NCBI GenBank assembly: GCA_002381695.1
Contig: DFXM01000001.1
Location: 40,809-104,808, forward strand
DNA: 64,000 nt
Reading direction: 5' to 3'
Origin: Clostridium sp. UBA4108
Lineage (GTDB): Bacteria; Bacillota; Clostridia; Clostridiales; Clostridiaceae
The position numbers were made by a program, and so were the translations under genes. Below are positions 29,205 to 39,830 of the stretch, in pieces; position 1 is the first letter of the stretch, and each line of letters begins with the position of its first letter. Below the pieces are notes generated by a model. The model saw only the letters and a program-made list of their open reading frames with translations. It was not told where the DNA came from and ran no database searches.

Positions 29205-31379
29205 ATGATTGAGAAATTGATAGAAAAAATTAATAGCAATTGTCATAATGTGGATATTGATTTTATTAAGAAGGCCTATGAATTTGCTGTAGAAGCTCAT
29301 AAGAATCAGAAAAGAGAATCTGGAGAACCCTATGTAATACATCCACTAGAAGTAGCATGTATTTTAGCAGAATTGGGACTTGATACATCAACTATTGCAG
29401 CAGGATTTTTACATGATGTTATAGAGGACACGGAATATACATATGAGCAGGTTTGTGAGATTTTTTCAGTAGAAGTAGCCAATTTAGTAGAAGGGGTATC
29501 TAAATTAGAAAAAATTAGATATAAAACTAAAGAAGAACAACAAGCTGACAATGTTAGAAAGATGCTTTTAGCTATGGCCAAGGATATAAGAGTTATACTT
29601 ATTAAACTTGCGGATAGATTACATAATATGCGTACATTAAAATATACTCCTGAGAATAAACAAAAGGAGAAAGCAAAAGAAACTTTAGATATTTACGCAC
29701 CTTTAGCCCATAGACTTGGAATATCAAAAATTAAGTGGGAATTAGAGGATTTAGCTTTAAGATATTTGAATCCAACAGAATATTATGATTTAGTAAGACT
29801 TATATCGGAGAAGCGAGTAGAGAGAGAGGAGCAGATTAGTCATATTATTTCTCAACTTAAATTAAATCTTAACATGGTTGGAATAAAAGCAGATATAGAA
29901 GGAAGACCAAAGCATTTTTATAGTATTTATAGAAAGATGATAAATAAAAATAAATCTATAGATCAAATATTTGATCTAACGGCGGTTAGAATTCTAGTAG
30001 ATGACATAGGTTCATGTTACGCTGCATTGGGAATTGTACACACTATGTATAAGCCTATACCAGGAAGGTTTAAGGATTATATTGCTATGCCTAAGCCTAA
30101 TATGTATCAGTCTCTTCATTCTACAGTAATAGGGCCGTTTGGGAAGCCTTTTGAGATTCAAATAAGAACCTATGACATGCACAAAACTGCAGAATATGGT
30201 ATAGCAGCCCATTGGAAGTACAAAGAAAACGGTGGAGAAGGAGAAAGCACTTCTTTAGATTCTAAGTTATCTTGGCTTAGAGAGATGTTAGAGTGGCAAG
30301 GCGAAACCGTCGATGCAGAAGAATTTATGGAAGGGTTCAAAATAGATTTATTTTCTGATGAAGTTTTTGTATTTACTCCGAGGGGAGATGTTATTAATTT
30401 ACCTAATAATTCTACCCCTATAGATTTTGCCTATGCTATACATACAGATGTAGGACATAAATGTGCTGGTGCAAAGGTAAATGGTAAAATAACTAATTTG
30501 GACTATAAATTAAAAACTGGAGAAATTGTAGAGATAATTACTTCTCCTAATTCTAAAGGGCCAAGAAGAGACTGGCTTGCTATTGCAAAGAGTAATCAAG
30601 CAAAAAGCAAAATAAAAGCTTGGTTTAAAAAGGCTAATAGAGAAGAGACCGTAGAAAAGGGGAAAGAATTAGTAGATAAAGAATGTAAAAAGTATGGATA
30701 TGCATTCTCTGTTATCTTTAAGGAAGAGGTACTAGAGAAAATATTAAGAAGATATAACTTAAGAACTATTGAAGACTTATATAATGCTGTAGGGGTTGGA
30801 GATTTAAATCCTGGTAACATGATATATAAGTTAAAGGAAGCTTATGAAAAGGATAAACAAAAAAGTAATCCAGTTAACGTAGAAGAGGTCATTAAAAAAG
30901 AACCTGTTAAAAAACATAATAATAGTAGCTACTCTGGAATTAATGTTAAAGGAACCACAAATATACAAATTAGATTTGCAAAATGCTGTAGTCCAGTACC
31001 AGGGGATGATATAGTTGGCTATATAACTAAAGGTAAAGGTGTCTCTATTCATAGAACTGATTGTAAAAACCTTATGAATCTTAAGAATGAGGAGCCTTAT
31101 AAGATAATTGAAGTAACCTGGGGAGATGAAAAAGGAGAAAGCTATATTGCAGATATACAAATAAGATCAGAAGATAGAATGGGACTTTTGACAGAGGTAA
31201 TAGAAGAAGTATCTATCTTAAAAACTAATATATTATCAATTAATGCAAAAGCAAATAAAAATGGTGAGGCAATAGTTAATTTAAAAGTAACTATAAGAGA
31301 TATTGCTCATCTTAAGCAAATTTTAGCTAAGTTGAAAAAGTTAGAAGGTGTTAAAGATGTGTATAGGAAGAAACATTAA
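29205..31379 (+). CDS. relA: bifunctional (p)ppGpp synthetase/hydrolase Rel
   Basis: RESGEPYVIHP, LHDVIED, KLADRLHNMRT, YQSLH, EIQIRT; TGS and ACT domains. Confidence 0.97.
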   Translation: MIEKLIEKINSNCHNVDIDFIKKAYEFAVEAHKNQKRESGEPYVIHPLEVACILAELGLDTSTIAAGFLHDVIEDTEYTYEQVCEIFSVEVANLVEGVSKLEKIRYKTKEEQQADNVRKMLLAMAKDIRVILIKLADRLHNMRTLKYTPENKQKEKAKETLDIYAPLAHRLGISKIKWELEDLALRYLNPTEYYDLVRLISEKRVEREEQISHIISQLKLNLNMVGIKADIEGRPKHFYSIYRKMINKNKSIDQIFDLTAVRILVDDIGSCYAALGIVHTMYKPIPGRFKDYIAMPKPNMYQSLHSTVIGPFGKPFEIQIRTYDMHKTAEYGIAAHWKYKENGGEGESTSLDSKLSWLREMLEWQGETVDAEEFMEGFKIDLFSDEVFVFTPRGDVINLPNNSTPIDFAYAIHTDVGHKCAGAKVNGKITNLDYKLKTGEIVEIITSPNSKGPRRDWLAIAKSNQAKSKIKAWFKKANREETVEKGKELVDKECKKYGYAFSVIFKEEVLEKILRRYNLRTIEDLYNAVGVGDLNPGNMIYKLKEAYEKDKQKSNPVNVEEVIKKEPVKKHNNSSYSGINVKGTTNIQIRFAKCCSPVPGDDIVGYITKGKGVSIHRTDCKNLMNLKNEEPYKIIEVTWGDEKGESYIADIQIRSEDRMGLLTEVIEEVSILKTNILSINAKANKNGEAIVNLKVTIRDIAHLKQILAKLKKLEGVKDVYRKKH

Positions 31380-31396
31380 AGAGGAGGGTTTTTATT

Positions 31397-31846
31397 ATGA
31401 GAGCTGTAGTGCAAAGGGTTACTTCTTCAAGTGTAGAGGTTGAAGGCAATATTATTGGAAAAATTGGTAAAGGATTAAATGTGCTTATTGGAATAAGTAA
31501 AGAAGATACTAAAGAGGATATAGAATACATAGTAAGAAAAATTGTAGGAATGAGAATTTTTGAAGATGAAAATGATAAAATGAACTATTCTATTCAAGAT
31601 ATAGGTGGAGAATTACTTTTAATATCTCAATTTACTTTGTATGGAGATTGCCGTAAGGGAAAGAGACCAGATTTTATGAAGGCCCAAGGTGGAGAAGAAG
31701 CTAAAAAACTTTATGATGAATTGATAGCGGCATTTAAAAAAGAAATTTCTAAGGTGGAAACTGGAGAGTTCGGTGCAGATATGAAGGTTAATATAGTAAA
31801 TGATGGGCCAGTTACCTTGCTTTTAGAGAGCAAGAAAGATTTTTAA
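31397..31846 (+). CDS. dtd: D-aminoacyl-tRNA deacylase
   Basis: MRAVVQRV, SQFTL, GEFGADM, NDGPVT. Confidence 0.98.
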   Translation: MRAVVQRVTSSSVEVEGNIIGKIGKGLNVLIGISKEDTKEDIEYIVRKIVGMRIFEDENDKMNYSIQDIGGELLLISQFTLYGDCRKGKRPDFMKAQGGEEAKKLYDELIAAFKKEISKVETGEFGADMKVNIVNDGPVTLLLESKKDF

Positions 31847-31914
31847 AAATTAAGTGATGAATAAAAAGAAGTTTATATTAAGTATATATCAAGAAAACTT
31901 TTAGAGGTGAAACT

Positions 31915-32517
31915 ATGATTATAAAAAGATTAATGGCAGGAGTATATGGAGCAAACTGCTATATTGTGATGGATGAAAATACTAAAGAGGCTGTAGTCCT
32001 TGACCCAGGAGGAGATGTGGATGATGTAGAAATTGAATTAAAAAACCTTGGGGCTAGTGTTAAGTATATCATATTAACTCATGGACATTTTGATCATACC
32101 ACAGGAGTACAAAGCTTGAAGCATATAACTAAAGCATTGGTTGCAATTGGAGAAAAGGATAATCAAATGATTCTAAGTGGAGCACAATACTATGGTCCAC
32201 TTATAGAAGGTGGAGCAGATATATGTTTAAAGCATAAAGATATTATAAATTTTGGCCAATGTACTATGGAAGTCATAGAAACTCCAGGGCATACGCCAGG
32301 TGGAATATGTCTAAAAATAGGAGATTTTTTATTTACAGGAGATACTTTATTTAAACATTCTATAGGACGAAGCGATTTACTTGGAGGCGATCATTCTACC
32401 TTAATTAATGGAATTAAAACTAACCTTATGTGTCTAGAGGATCATATAGTGGTTTATCCTGGTCATGGACCAAGTAGTGCCATAGGAGATGAAAGAAGGT
32501 ATAATCCATTTTTATAG
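31915..32517 (+). CDS. MBL-fold metallo-hydrolase (glyoxalase II-like)
   Basis: THGHFDH, TPGHTPG, FTGDTLF, YPGHG. Confidence 0.93.
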   Translation: MIIKRLMAGVYGANCYIVMDENTKEAVVLDPGGDVDDVEIELKNLGASVKYIILTHGHFDHTTGVQSLKHITKALVAIGEKDNQMILSGAQYYGPLIEGGADICLKHKDIINFGQCTMEVIETPGHTPGGICLKIGDFLFTGDTLFKHSIGRSDLLGGDHSTLINGIKTNLMCLEDHIVVYPGHGPSSAIGDERRYNPFL

Positions 32518-32551
32518 GCCATATTGAACATAGCAAAGGATTTGATGAATA

Positions 32552-34000
32552 GTGGCGCAGATTGAAAGTAATGTAAAAATATATTTAAATGACTTGAATT
32601 TTAGATATGATGTTTTTCAGATGGTGAATTTATTTTTCAATTTTATTCATATAGAATTTGTTGAGAATAATGGTGATATAAATATTGAGATTAACGATAA
32701 TCTTATATTAATAAAGGGTTATGGAAAAGAAGAAAAACATTATATGAATGGGGAATATAAATTAAAAGAAGAAGTTAGAAAGATTGTATTTAACTTTCTT
32801 AAACATCATACAGGTAAGATTTTACCATGGGGAACTTTAGTGGGAATAAGGCCTTCTAAAAAGGCACTAGATTTATTAGAGAGTGGTGCTACGGAGGAAG
32901 AAATTATTACTAATTTTAAAGATAGGCATGAGACCAAGAAAGAAAAAGCCCAACTATGCATTGATGTAGCAAAATATGAAAAAAATATCGTAAATAAGGA
33001 TAAAAATATAATAAGTGTATACATAGGAATGCCTTTTTGTCCAACAAGATGCGTATATTGTTCTTTTACTTCTAATCCAATAAGTGCTTGTAAATCTATA
33101 GTAAAAGACTATTTACAATGTCTTTGGAAAGAAATAGATGAGATAAGTAAATACATAAATTCAAAAGAGCTTGTAATTGAAAATGTTTATTTTGGTGGGG
33201 GAACACCAACTTCTGTAAATGATGAAGAATTTCATTATATTATGAGTAAGATATATAATAGCTTTGTGGTCAATAAGGGAATAAAAGAGTTTACTGTGGA
33301 ATGTGGAAGGGCTGATAGCATAACGTTAAAGAAGCTTAATACCATGAGAGAATATAAGGTAGATAGAATCAGTATTAATCCACAATCTATGAATGATAAT
33401 ACTTTAAAAAATATTGGAAGAAATCATAATTCGAAGGATGTAGAAGAAAAATTCAAGATGGCTAGAGAACTTGGATTTGACAATATCAATATGGACATTA
33501 TAGTAGGATTACCAGGGGAAACATTAGTACATATAGAGAACACATGTAGTAAAATTAAAAATTTACGACCAGATAGCATAACAGTTCATGGAATGTCTAT
33601 AAAGCGAGCATCAAAATTATATGAAAACTTAATTAATAATGAAAAATTTAAAATACCAGATCAAGAAGAATTGAATGAAATGTATGAAGCTACTGTAAAT
33701 TTGGCAAAAGAATTAAATATGATTCCATACTATATGTATAGACAAAAAAATATGGTAGGAAATATGGAAAATGTAGGATATGCATTGAATGGTAAGGAAT
33801 GTATATATAATATACAGATGATAGAAGAAAAGCAAACCATAGCAGCACTAGGAGCAGATGCTGTATCTAAGGTTGTATTTTTAGAAGAAGATAGAATTGA
33901 ACGATTTGGAAATATAAAAGATGTAAGAGAGTATAATAAGAGAATTGATGAGATGATTGAAAAAAAACTTCAACTTTTATATACTTTATATGGATGTTAG
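32552..34000 (+). CDS. hemZ: HemZ-like radical SAM protein (coproporphyrinogen III oxidase family)
   Basis: PWGTLVGIRP, PFCPTRCVYCSF, YFGGGTPT, PYYMYRQK. Confidence 0.9.
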   Translation: MAQIESNVKIYLNDLNFRYDVFQMVNLFFNFIHIEFVENNGDINIEINDNLILIKGYGKEEKHYMNGEYKLKEEVRKIVFNFLKHHTGKILPWGTLVGIRPSKKALDLLESGATEEEIITNFKDRHETKKEKAQLCIDVAKYEKNIVNKDKNIISVYIGMPFCPTRCVYCSFTSNPISACKSIVKDYLQCLWKEIDEISKYINSKELVIENVYFGGGTPTSVNDEEFHYIMSKIYNSFVVNKGIKEFTVECGRADSITLKKLNTMREYKVDRISINPQSMNDNTLKNIGRNHNSKDVEEKFKMARELGFDNINMDIIVGLPGETLVHIENTCSKIKNLRPDSITVHGMSIKRASKLYENLINNEKFKIPDQEELNEMYEATVNLAKELNMIPYYMYRQKNMVGNMENVGYALNGKECIYNIQMIEEKQTIAALGADAVSKVVFLEEDRIERFGNIKDVREYNKRIDEMIEKKLQLLYTLYGC

Positions 34001-34142
34001 AAAAGATAAACAATATTAACTTTAATGAAAAATTGCTAAATTAAAGAGAATGAGTAATGGTGAGTTTATAAAAGCTTCATTAGATGGCTTAAACTCTTTG
34101 GTAGATGTAATAAAAATTCTTTAATAAAGAGGAGGAATAATA

Positions 34143-35930
34143 ATGGGTGAGTCACTTAATGGCTTAAAAAGAACCATAATGTGTGGTGAACTTAGAGAAG
34201 ATAATATTTCTCAAAGAGTTACCGTAATGGGATGGGTTCAAAGAAAGAGAAACTTAGGAAGTCTAGTTTTTATAGATTTAAGAGATAGAACTGGAATTTT
34301 ACAGGTGGTATTTGGAGAAGAAATAAATAAAGAGGTTTTTGAGAAAGCAGATCTTGCAAAATCAGAGTATTGTATAGCTGTTTCTGGAGAGATTATAAAA
34401 AGACAGTCTCCAAATGAGAATCTTCCAACAGGTATGGTGGAGCTAAAAGGAGAGTCTATAAAAATACTTTCAGAATCTGAGACACCTCCAATATATATAA
34501 AAGAAGATTTAGATGCAGGTGAAAATATTAGGTTAAAATATAGATATTTAGATTTAAGAAGACCAGATATGCAGAAAATATTAATGATAAGACATAAGGC
34601 TTCTAAAATAGTAAGAGATTATCTAGATGATAATGGTTTTCTAGAAATTGAAACTCCTATGCTTACAAAAAGTACTCCAGAAGGTGCCAGAGATTACTTA
34701 GTTCCAAGCAGAAATTATCCAGGGATGTTTTATGCACTTCCACAATCACCACAGATATTTAAACAATTATTGATGGTATCAGGCTATGACAAGTACTTCC
34801 AAATAGTTAAATGTTTTAGAGATGAGGATTTAAGAGCAAATAGACAGCCTGAATTTACTCAAATTGATCTTGAGATGAGCTTTGTTGAGATGAATGATGT
34901 TATAGCTTTAAACGAAGGATTAATTCAAAGGGTATTTAAAGAAATATTAGATGTGGATGTAAAACTTCCTATTAAGAGAATGCCTTATGCTGAAGCCATG
35001 AGTAAGTATGGTAGCGATAAGCCAGATTTAAGATTTGGAATGGAAATACAAAATATCACTGAAATTGTCAAAGATAGTGAATTTGGAGTATTTAAAAATG
35101 CAATAGATAATGGTGGCTCAGTAAGAGCAATAGTAGCTGAGAACTGCGGAGATATGGGAAGAAAGAAGATTGATAAACTTGGTGAGTTTGTTAAAACCTA
35201 TAAGGCAAAAGGTCTTGCATGGATAGCCTATAAAGAAGAAGAGATAAAATCTCCAATAGCTAAATTCTTTACTGAAGAAGAGATGAAAAATATTTTAGAT
35301 ACTGCAGGAGCTAAGGTTGGAGATTTAGTTTTAATAGTTGCAGACAATGATAATGTAGTTCTTCAATCCTTAGGGGCATTGAGACTAGAACTTGCAAAGG
35401 AAATGGAGCTATTAAAAGATAATAAGGAATTTAACTTTGTATGGATTACTGAGTTCCCACTGCTAGAGTTTGACGAAGAAGAAAATAGATATGTAGCTTT
35501 ACATCATCCGTTTACATCACCTATGGATGAGGACTTGCATCTATTAGATACAGATCCTAAAAATGCTAGAGCCAAAGCTTATGATATAGTATTAAATGGT
35601 GAAGAGTTAGGTGGAGGAAGTATAAGAATTCATAATACTTCACTTCAACAGAAGATGTTTAATCTTTTAGGATTTACAGATGAAAGTGCATGGGAGAGAT
35701 TCGGATTCTTATTAGAAGCATTTAAATATGGACCACCACCACATGGAGGATTGGCATATGGTCTCGATAGAATGGTAATGTTTTTAGCAGGGACAGATAA
35801 CATTAAAGATGTTATAGCATTCCCTAAAAATCAAAATGCATTCTGTCCAATGAGTGAAGCTCCAAACAAAGTAGAAGATAAACAGCTTAAAGAACTAGGT
35901 ATTGATATAACTAAAGAAGATAATAAATAA
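34143..35930 (+). CDS. aspS: aspartate--tRNA ligase
   Basis: FIDLRDR, RLKYRYLDLRR, ALPQSPQ, CFRDEDLR, PPHGG, IAFPK. Confidence 0.98.
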   Translation: MGESLNGLKRTIMCGELREDNISQRVTVMGWVQRKRNLGSLVFIDLRDRTGILQVVFGEEINKEVFEKADLAKSEYCIAVSGEIIKRQSPNENLPTGMVELKGESIKILSESETPPIYIKEDLDAGENIRLKYRYLDLRRPDMQKILMIRHKASKIVRDYLDDNGFLEIETPMLTKSTPEGARDYLVPSRNYPGMFYALPQSPQIFKQLLMVSGYDKYFQIVKCFRDEDLRANRQPEFTQIDLEMSFVEMNDVIALNEGLIQRVFKEILDVDVKLPIKRMPYAEAMSKYGSDKPDLRFGMEIQNITEIVKDSEFGVFKNAIDNGGSVRAIVAENCGDMGRKKIDKLGEFVKTYKAKGLAWIAYKEEEIKSPIAKFFTEEEMKNILDTAGAKVGDLVLIVADNDNVVLQSLGALRLELAKEMELLKDNKEFNFVWITEFPLLEFDEEENRYVALHHPFTSPMDEDLHLLDTDPKNARAKAYDIVLNGEELGGGSIRIHNTSLQQKMFNLLGFTDESAWERFGFLLEAFKYGPPPHGGLAYGLDRMVMFLAGTDNIKDVIAFPKNQNAFCPMSEAPNKVEDKQLKELGIDITKEDNK

Positions 35931-35995
35931 GAATATAAAGAATTATACTGGACACACTATTATTAGAAAATATTTGATGTATTTTAAGATATAAA

Positions 35996-36024
35996 TTGCA
36001 ATTTAGTGGGATGTGCTATATAAT
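35996..36024 (+). promoter_or_regulatory. sigma A promoter of 6S RNA
   Basis: TTGCAA-N17-TATAAT. Confidence 0.7.
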
Positions 36025-36035
36025 GTAATATATAG

Positions 36036-36226
36036 TTGATAAATAATCTGCTGTGTACGTGGAAATGGTTTATGTTGAGCCAACATATTGAAATATTGGA
36101 AGAAGCTCTTTTTGTGGAGTGTTGACCTATTACGACTGTTTAATGGGTACCAGAAAGAAAAAGGCAATTCCACCCGTAGGAGAACGGGTTCAAATATACC
36201 ATGGATACGGCACGGCGGTATATCAA
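36036..36226 (+). ncRNA. ssrS: 6S RNA
   Basis: About 190 nt just downstream of aspS, the usual Firmicute location. Closing stem CTGCTGTGTACGT pairs with ACGGCACGGCGG; CCACCCGT...ACGGGTTCAAA block; own promoter and terminator. Confidence 0.88.
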
Positions 36227-36245
36227 AATTTTTTAGATTTAAACT

Positions 36246-36280
36246 AAGAGTAGATACTATGTTTAGTATTTACTCTTTTT
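36246..36280 (+). terminator. intrinsic terminator after 6S RNA
   Basis: AAGAGTAGATACTA-TGTT-TAGTATTTACTCTTTTT. Confidence 0.8.
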
Positions 36281-36488
36281 ATGTTTTCGATATAGAGTTG
36301 AATAAATAATGATTAATGAACAGTATTTACTTAATAATATAGAAAAATAACAAAATTTTAAAAATATCTCTACTTTAATATAGTATTGATAATGTATAGT
36401 TCTAGAATCAAAAACTATTTAAAATAAAGTTTTAAATATAAATAGTATAAGTGTGAATATAAAATAATGAATAATTAGGAGGAATACT

Positions 36489-36965
36489 ATGGGATTTCAG
36501 AAGACTAATGCCATGAGAATAATTGATAATAATGATATATTTTATAGAGTTTTAACATATGACAATAAAGATGGCAAGATAGATGGAATATCAGTAGCTA
36601 GTAAAATTAACAAACGGGCTGAGGAGGTATATAAGACACTAGTACTTCAAGGAAATAGCAAAGAAATTTATGTGTTTGTAATTCCGGTAGACAAAGAATT
36701 AGATTTAAAGAAAGCTGCAAAAGTCATTGGAGAAAAAAAAGTAGATATGATAGCAGTTAGTGATATAAATAAATACACAGGATATATAAGAGGAGGATGT
36801 TCACCTATAGGCATGAAAAAGAAGTATAGAACTATTATATATAGAGGGGCTAAGAATTTAAATACTATGATTATAAGTGGTGGGAAAATTGGAATTCAAA
36901 TAGAGATTTCACCGATGGATTTAGCCAATGTAGTTGATGGTAACTTTGAAGATATAATAAAATAA
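36489..36965 (+). CDS. ybaK: Cys-tRNA(Pro) deacylase YbaK
   Basis: KTNAMR, VYKTLV, LDLKKAA, TGYIRGGCSPIGMKK. Confidence 0.93.
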   Translation: MGFQKTNAMRIIDNNDIFYRVLTYDNKDGKIDGISVASKINKRAEEVYKTLVLQGNSKEIYVFVIPVDKELDLKKAAKVIGEKKVDMIAVSDINKYTGYIRGGCSPIGMKKKYRTIIYRGAKNLNTMIISGGKIGIQIEISPMDLANVVDGNFEDIIK

Positions 36966-36996
36966 CCCAGAGAATAAAACTCACTGGGTTATTTTA
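36961..36996. terminator. bidirectional terminator between ybaK and the exporter gene
   Basis: AATAACCCAG...CTGGGTTATTTTT between convergent genes. Confidence 0.7.
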
Positions 36997-37458
36997 TTAT
37001 TTATTATTACCTTTATGTAATTTCAGCTTGCTTATTGCAATAATTTTATTTAGGAGCCTACTAAGGGTAGAAACAAATATTATTCCTACAGCGAGAGCAC
37101 CAGCTTGAGATAGAGTCTCTATTCCAGTTGTTAAGGACTTGTTCACATCTCCTAAAACTGCTTCAAAAATAGTATAATACATACCGCTACCAGGGACTAG
37201 TGGAATCAGCGCACATACTAAGAATACAGTAACTGGATTTTTAAGAATTCTAGCACATATCTCTGCATAGATACTAATAGCTATGGAGGCTACAAATAGG
37301 GCACTTATAGCAGAATTAAAATTAGCATTTATAAGAGCATAAAAATACCACCCAATACCTCCTCCTATGGCAGAAAATATTAGGTTTTTATCTCTAACAT
37401 TAAATAAAAATCCAAAACCTAAGGAACTAATGAAGGCCCAAAATATATTACTATACAT
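36997..37458 (-). CDS. ThrE-family exporter, small subunit (YjjB-like)
   Basis: GFGFLFNV, PVTVFLVCALIPLVPGSGMY; hydrophobic. Confidence 0.85.
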   Translation of the reverse strand: MYSNIFWAFISSLGFGFLFNVRDKNLIFSAIGGGIGWYFYALINANFNSAISALFVASIAISIYAEICARILKNPVTVFLVCALIPLVPGSGMYYTIFEAVLGDVNKSLTTGIETLSQAGALAVGIIFVSTLSRLLNKIIAISKLKLHKGNNK

Positions 37459-37475
37459 TATTAATAAAAACCTCC

Positions 37476-38231
37476 TTAATATAGAAATCCAAACTTTAAT
37501 ACAAAACCTGCACCTATAGCTATAGCACCGGCAACTAAAATTGCTTCTAGAGCTCTAGATAGACCTGAGAGCAAATCACCTGCAATGGTATCTCTTATAG
37601 CATTAGTGATTAAGAGACCAGGAACTAGAAGCATGATGGACCCTATTATAATCTTATCTTCATGAAATGTAGGAGCTATACGTGCAAAAAATAGTCCTAT
37701 AGTGGCTGCAATGGTACCACCAGCTACATTTATAAAAAAGCTATTTACATCAAATCTAGATAATAGCGAACAAACAAAATTAATCAACATACCAGCAAAA
37801 AAAGCTACTACAAAATCACCTAAACTTCCATTAAATAATAGAGTAAATGCAGAGGTAGTTACTCCAGCAAAAAACATTTTTATTCCATTACTATAGGTAG
37901 GATAATTTTTTATATACTTAAGTTCAAAGGCTAAATCTTGTAATGACATAGGAGATTTTTGAATCCTTCTAGATAAGTCATTTACCATTGAAACCTTTTG
38001 AAGATCTGTAGTACGTGAAGTAATACGCTTTATTACAGTGGTAGATTCTCCACCAATATAAGTTATTGAGGTCATAATTATTGTTGGTGAAACAAAGCTT
38101 TCAGTTGTTTTTATATTATAGGAGGAGCAAATCATAGAGATAGTCTGTTCAACTCTATAAGTTTCACCACCATTTTCAAGCATTATTTTTCCGGCTTCTG
38201 CAGCAAGATGAACTATGCTAGAATCATTCAT
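37476..38231 (-). CDS. ThrE-family exporter, large subunit (YjjP-like)
   Basis: AGKIMLENGGETYRVEQT, MLLVPGLLITNAIRD, GDLLSG; ATG after AAAGGAG. Confidence 0.88.
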   Translation of the reverse strand: MNDSSIVHLAAEAGKIMLENGGETYRVEQTISMICSSYNIKTTESFVSPTIIMTSITYIGGESTTVIKRITSRTTDLQKVSMVNDLSRRIQKSPMSLQDLAFELKYIKNYPTYSNGIKMFFAGVTTSAFTLLFNGSLGDFVVAFFAGMLINFVCSLLSRFDVNSFFINVAGGTIAATIGLFFARIAPTFHEDKIIIGSIMLLVPGLLITNAIRDTIAGDLLSGLSRALEAILVAGAIAIGAGFVLKFGFLY

Positions 38232-38444
38232 TATATACTCTCCTTTCAAGATGGTATGATTTCTATAGTCAACAATACAATATTATTATATATCAAAAAC
38301 CTTATCCAGTGAATTTATAGAATATTTAGATTAATTTTCTTGTTAATCAATTTACACACATTAAAAAATTATTTATGATATAAATATAGTATGTGTTAAG
38401 AATAATAAACTCATAACTTCATTATGTATCATGGGGTGTTAAAG

Positions 38445-39809
38445 ATGAATAATATAGAAGGTATATTTGAAATACTAATAAATAATTTGAAGGAAGGAAT
38501 ACATATAGTAGATAGCTTAGGTAAAACAATTTATTACAATGAAGCAATGGAAAAAATAGAAGGGGTAAAAAGAGAAGATGTGATGGGAAAAGAGGTTCAT
38601 GAATATTTAAAAGATATTGGTGAAACTTCTACGCTGATGAATTGTCTAAAAAATGGTCATGAGTTTAAAGGCGTTACTCAAAATTATACTAATGATAAAG
38701 GAAAAATCATTACTAGTATTAATACTACTATTCCTGTAAAGATAGAGGAAACTACAGTAGCTGCAATTGAAATAGCTAGAGATATGACTCAGATTAAAAA
38801 ATTAAATGAAACTATTTGTAGACTAGAAAGTAAAATCGATAAGAAAAAAAACCATTATGTTTTTAGAGATATCATAGGAAATAGTAATGAAATAAAGAAC
38901 GAAATAAACAAAGGTATAAGAGCATCTGTTTCAAATTCTTCAGTACTTATATACGGAGAGACTGGCTGTGGTAAAGAGTTATTTGCACAAAGTATACACT
39001 ATGATGGAGAAAGAAAAGATAATCCTTTTATTGCAATAAATTGCGCAGCAATACCTAGTGCACTCCTAGAGGGAATGCTTTTCGGAACGGTAAAGGGAAG
39101 CTTTACTGGGGCAGAAAATAAAAAAGGACTTTTTGAAGAGGCTCATAAAGGAACTGTACTATTAGATGAAATAAATTCTATGGAGCCCTATTTACAATCA
39201 AAATTACTAAGAGTATTACAAGATGGATATATTAGACCTGTAGGAAGTAATAAAATCATTGATGTAGATGTTAGAATTATAGCTACTATAAATGAACCAG
39301 CAGAAAAACTTATAAGTGAAGGAAGATTAAGAAAAGACTTCTTCTATAGATTGAGTGTAATTAAAATTAATATACCATTATTAAGAGAACGGAAAGAAGA
39401 TATTAAAGAAATAAGTTATCATTTTATTAATTATTATAATAAATTATTATTTAAAAATGTAGAGAGTATTAGTGAAGAGGTTTTAGAAAGTTTTTTAAAT
39501 CATAGTTGGCCTGGCAATGTAAGAGAACTTAAAAACGTAATAGAAAATGCTATGAATATGGTAGATGATGAAGAGGTATTAACGAAAAATTTTTTTGATA
39601 GTAAAATTATCATAAATAGTGAGAGTAGTGAAGAATCTTCATTTAATGAAAAGGAATCTCTCGGTGAATATTTATATAAAATTGAGAAGAGTATAATAAA
39701 TAAAGTATATATAGAAAATAAAAAAAATATTACTAAAACTGCGAAAGTATTAAAAATATCTAGACAAAATTTACAATATAAATTAAAAAAATATGATATA
39801 GAGAGTTAA
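38445..39809 (+). CDS. sigma54-dependent activator (PAS-AAA+-Fis HTH; RocR/OrdR-type) of the ornithine cluster
   Basis: GETGCGKE, GSFTGA, LDEI, WPGNVRELKN and C-terminal HTH; immediately upstream of a -24/-12 promoter. Confidence 0.93.
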   Translation: MNNIEGIFEILINNLKEGIHIVDSLGKTIYYNEAMEKIEGVKREDVMGKEVHEYLKDIGETSTLMNCLKNGHEFKGVTQNYTNDKGKIITSINTTIPVKIEETTVAAIEIARDMTQIKKLNETICRLESKIDKKKNHYVFRDIIGNSNEIKNEINKGIRASVSNSSVLIYGETGCGKELFAQSIHYDGERKDNPFIAINCAAIPSALLEGMLFGTVKGSFTGAENKKGLFEEAHKGTVLLDEINSMEPYLQSKLLRVLQDGYIRPVGSNKIIDVDVRIIATINEPAEKLISEGRLRKDFFYRLSVIKINIPLLRERKEDIKEISYHFINYYNKLLFKNVESISEEVLESFLNHSWPGNVRELKNVIENAMNMVDDEEVLTKNFFDSKIIINSESSEESSFNEKESLGEYLYKIEKSIINKVYIENKKNITKTAKVLKISRQNLQYKLKKYDIES

Positions 39810-39830
39810 TAATTAATAGTTTATAAGTAA

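Noticed and set aside
34043..34099. Possible T-box remnant upstream of aspS (shares AGAATGAGTAA with the alaS leader)
   Set aside because: No AG box, GNUG box, T-box antiterminator or terminator; too short to call.
36088..36309. 73-aa plus-strand ORF
   Set aside because: Overlaps the 6S RNA and runs through its terminator; TTG start without an RBS.
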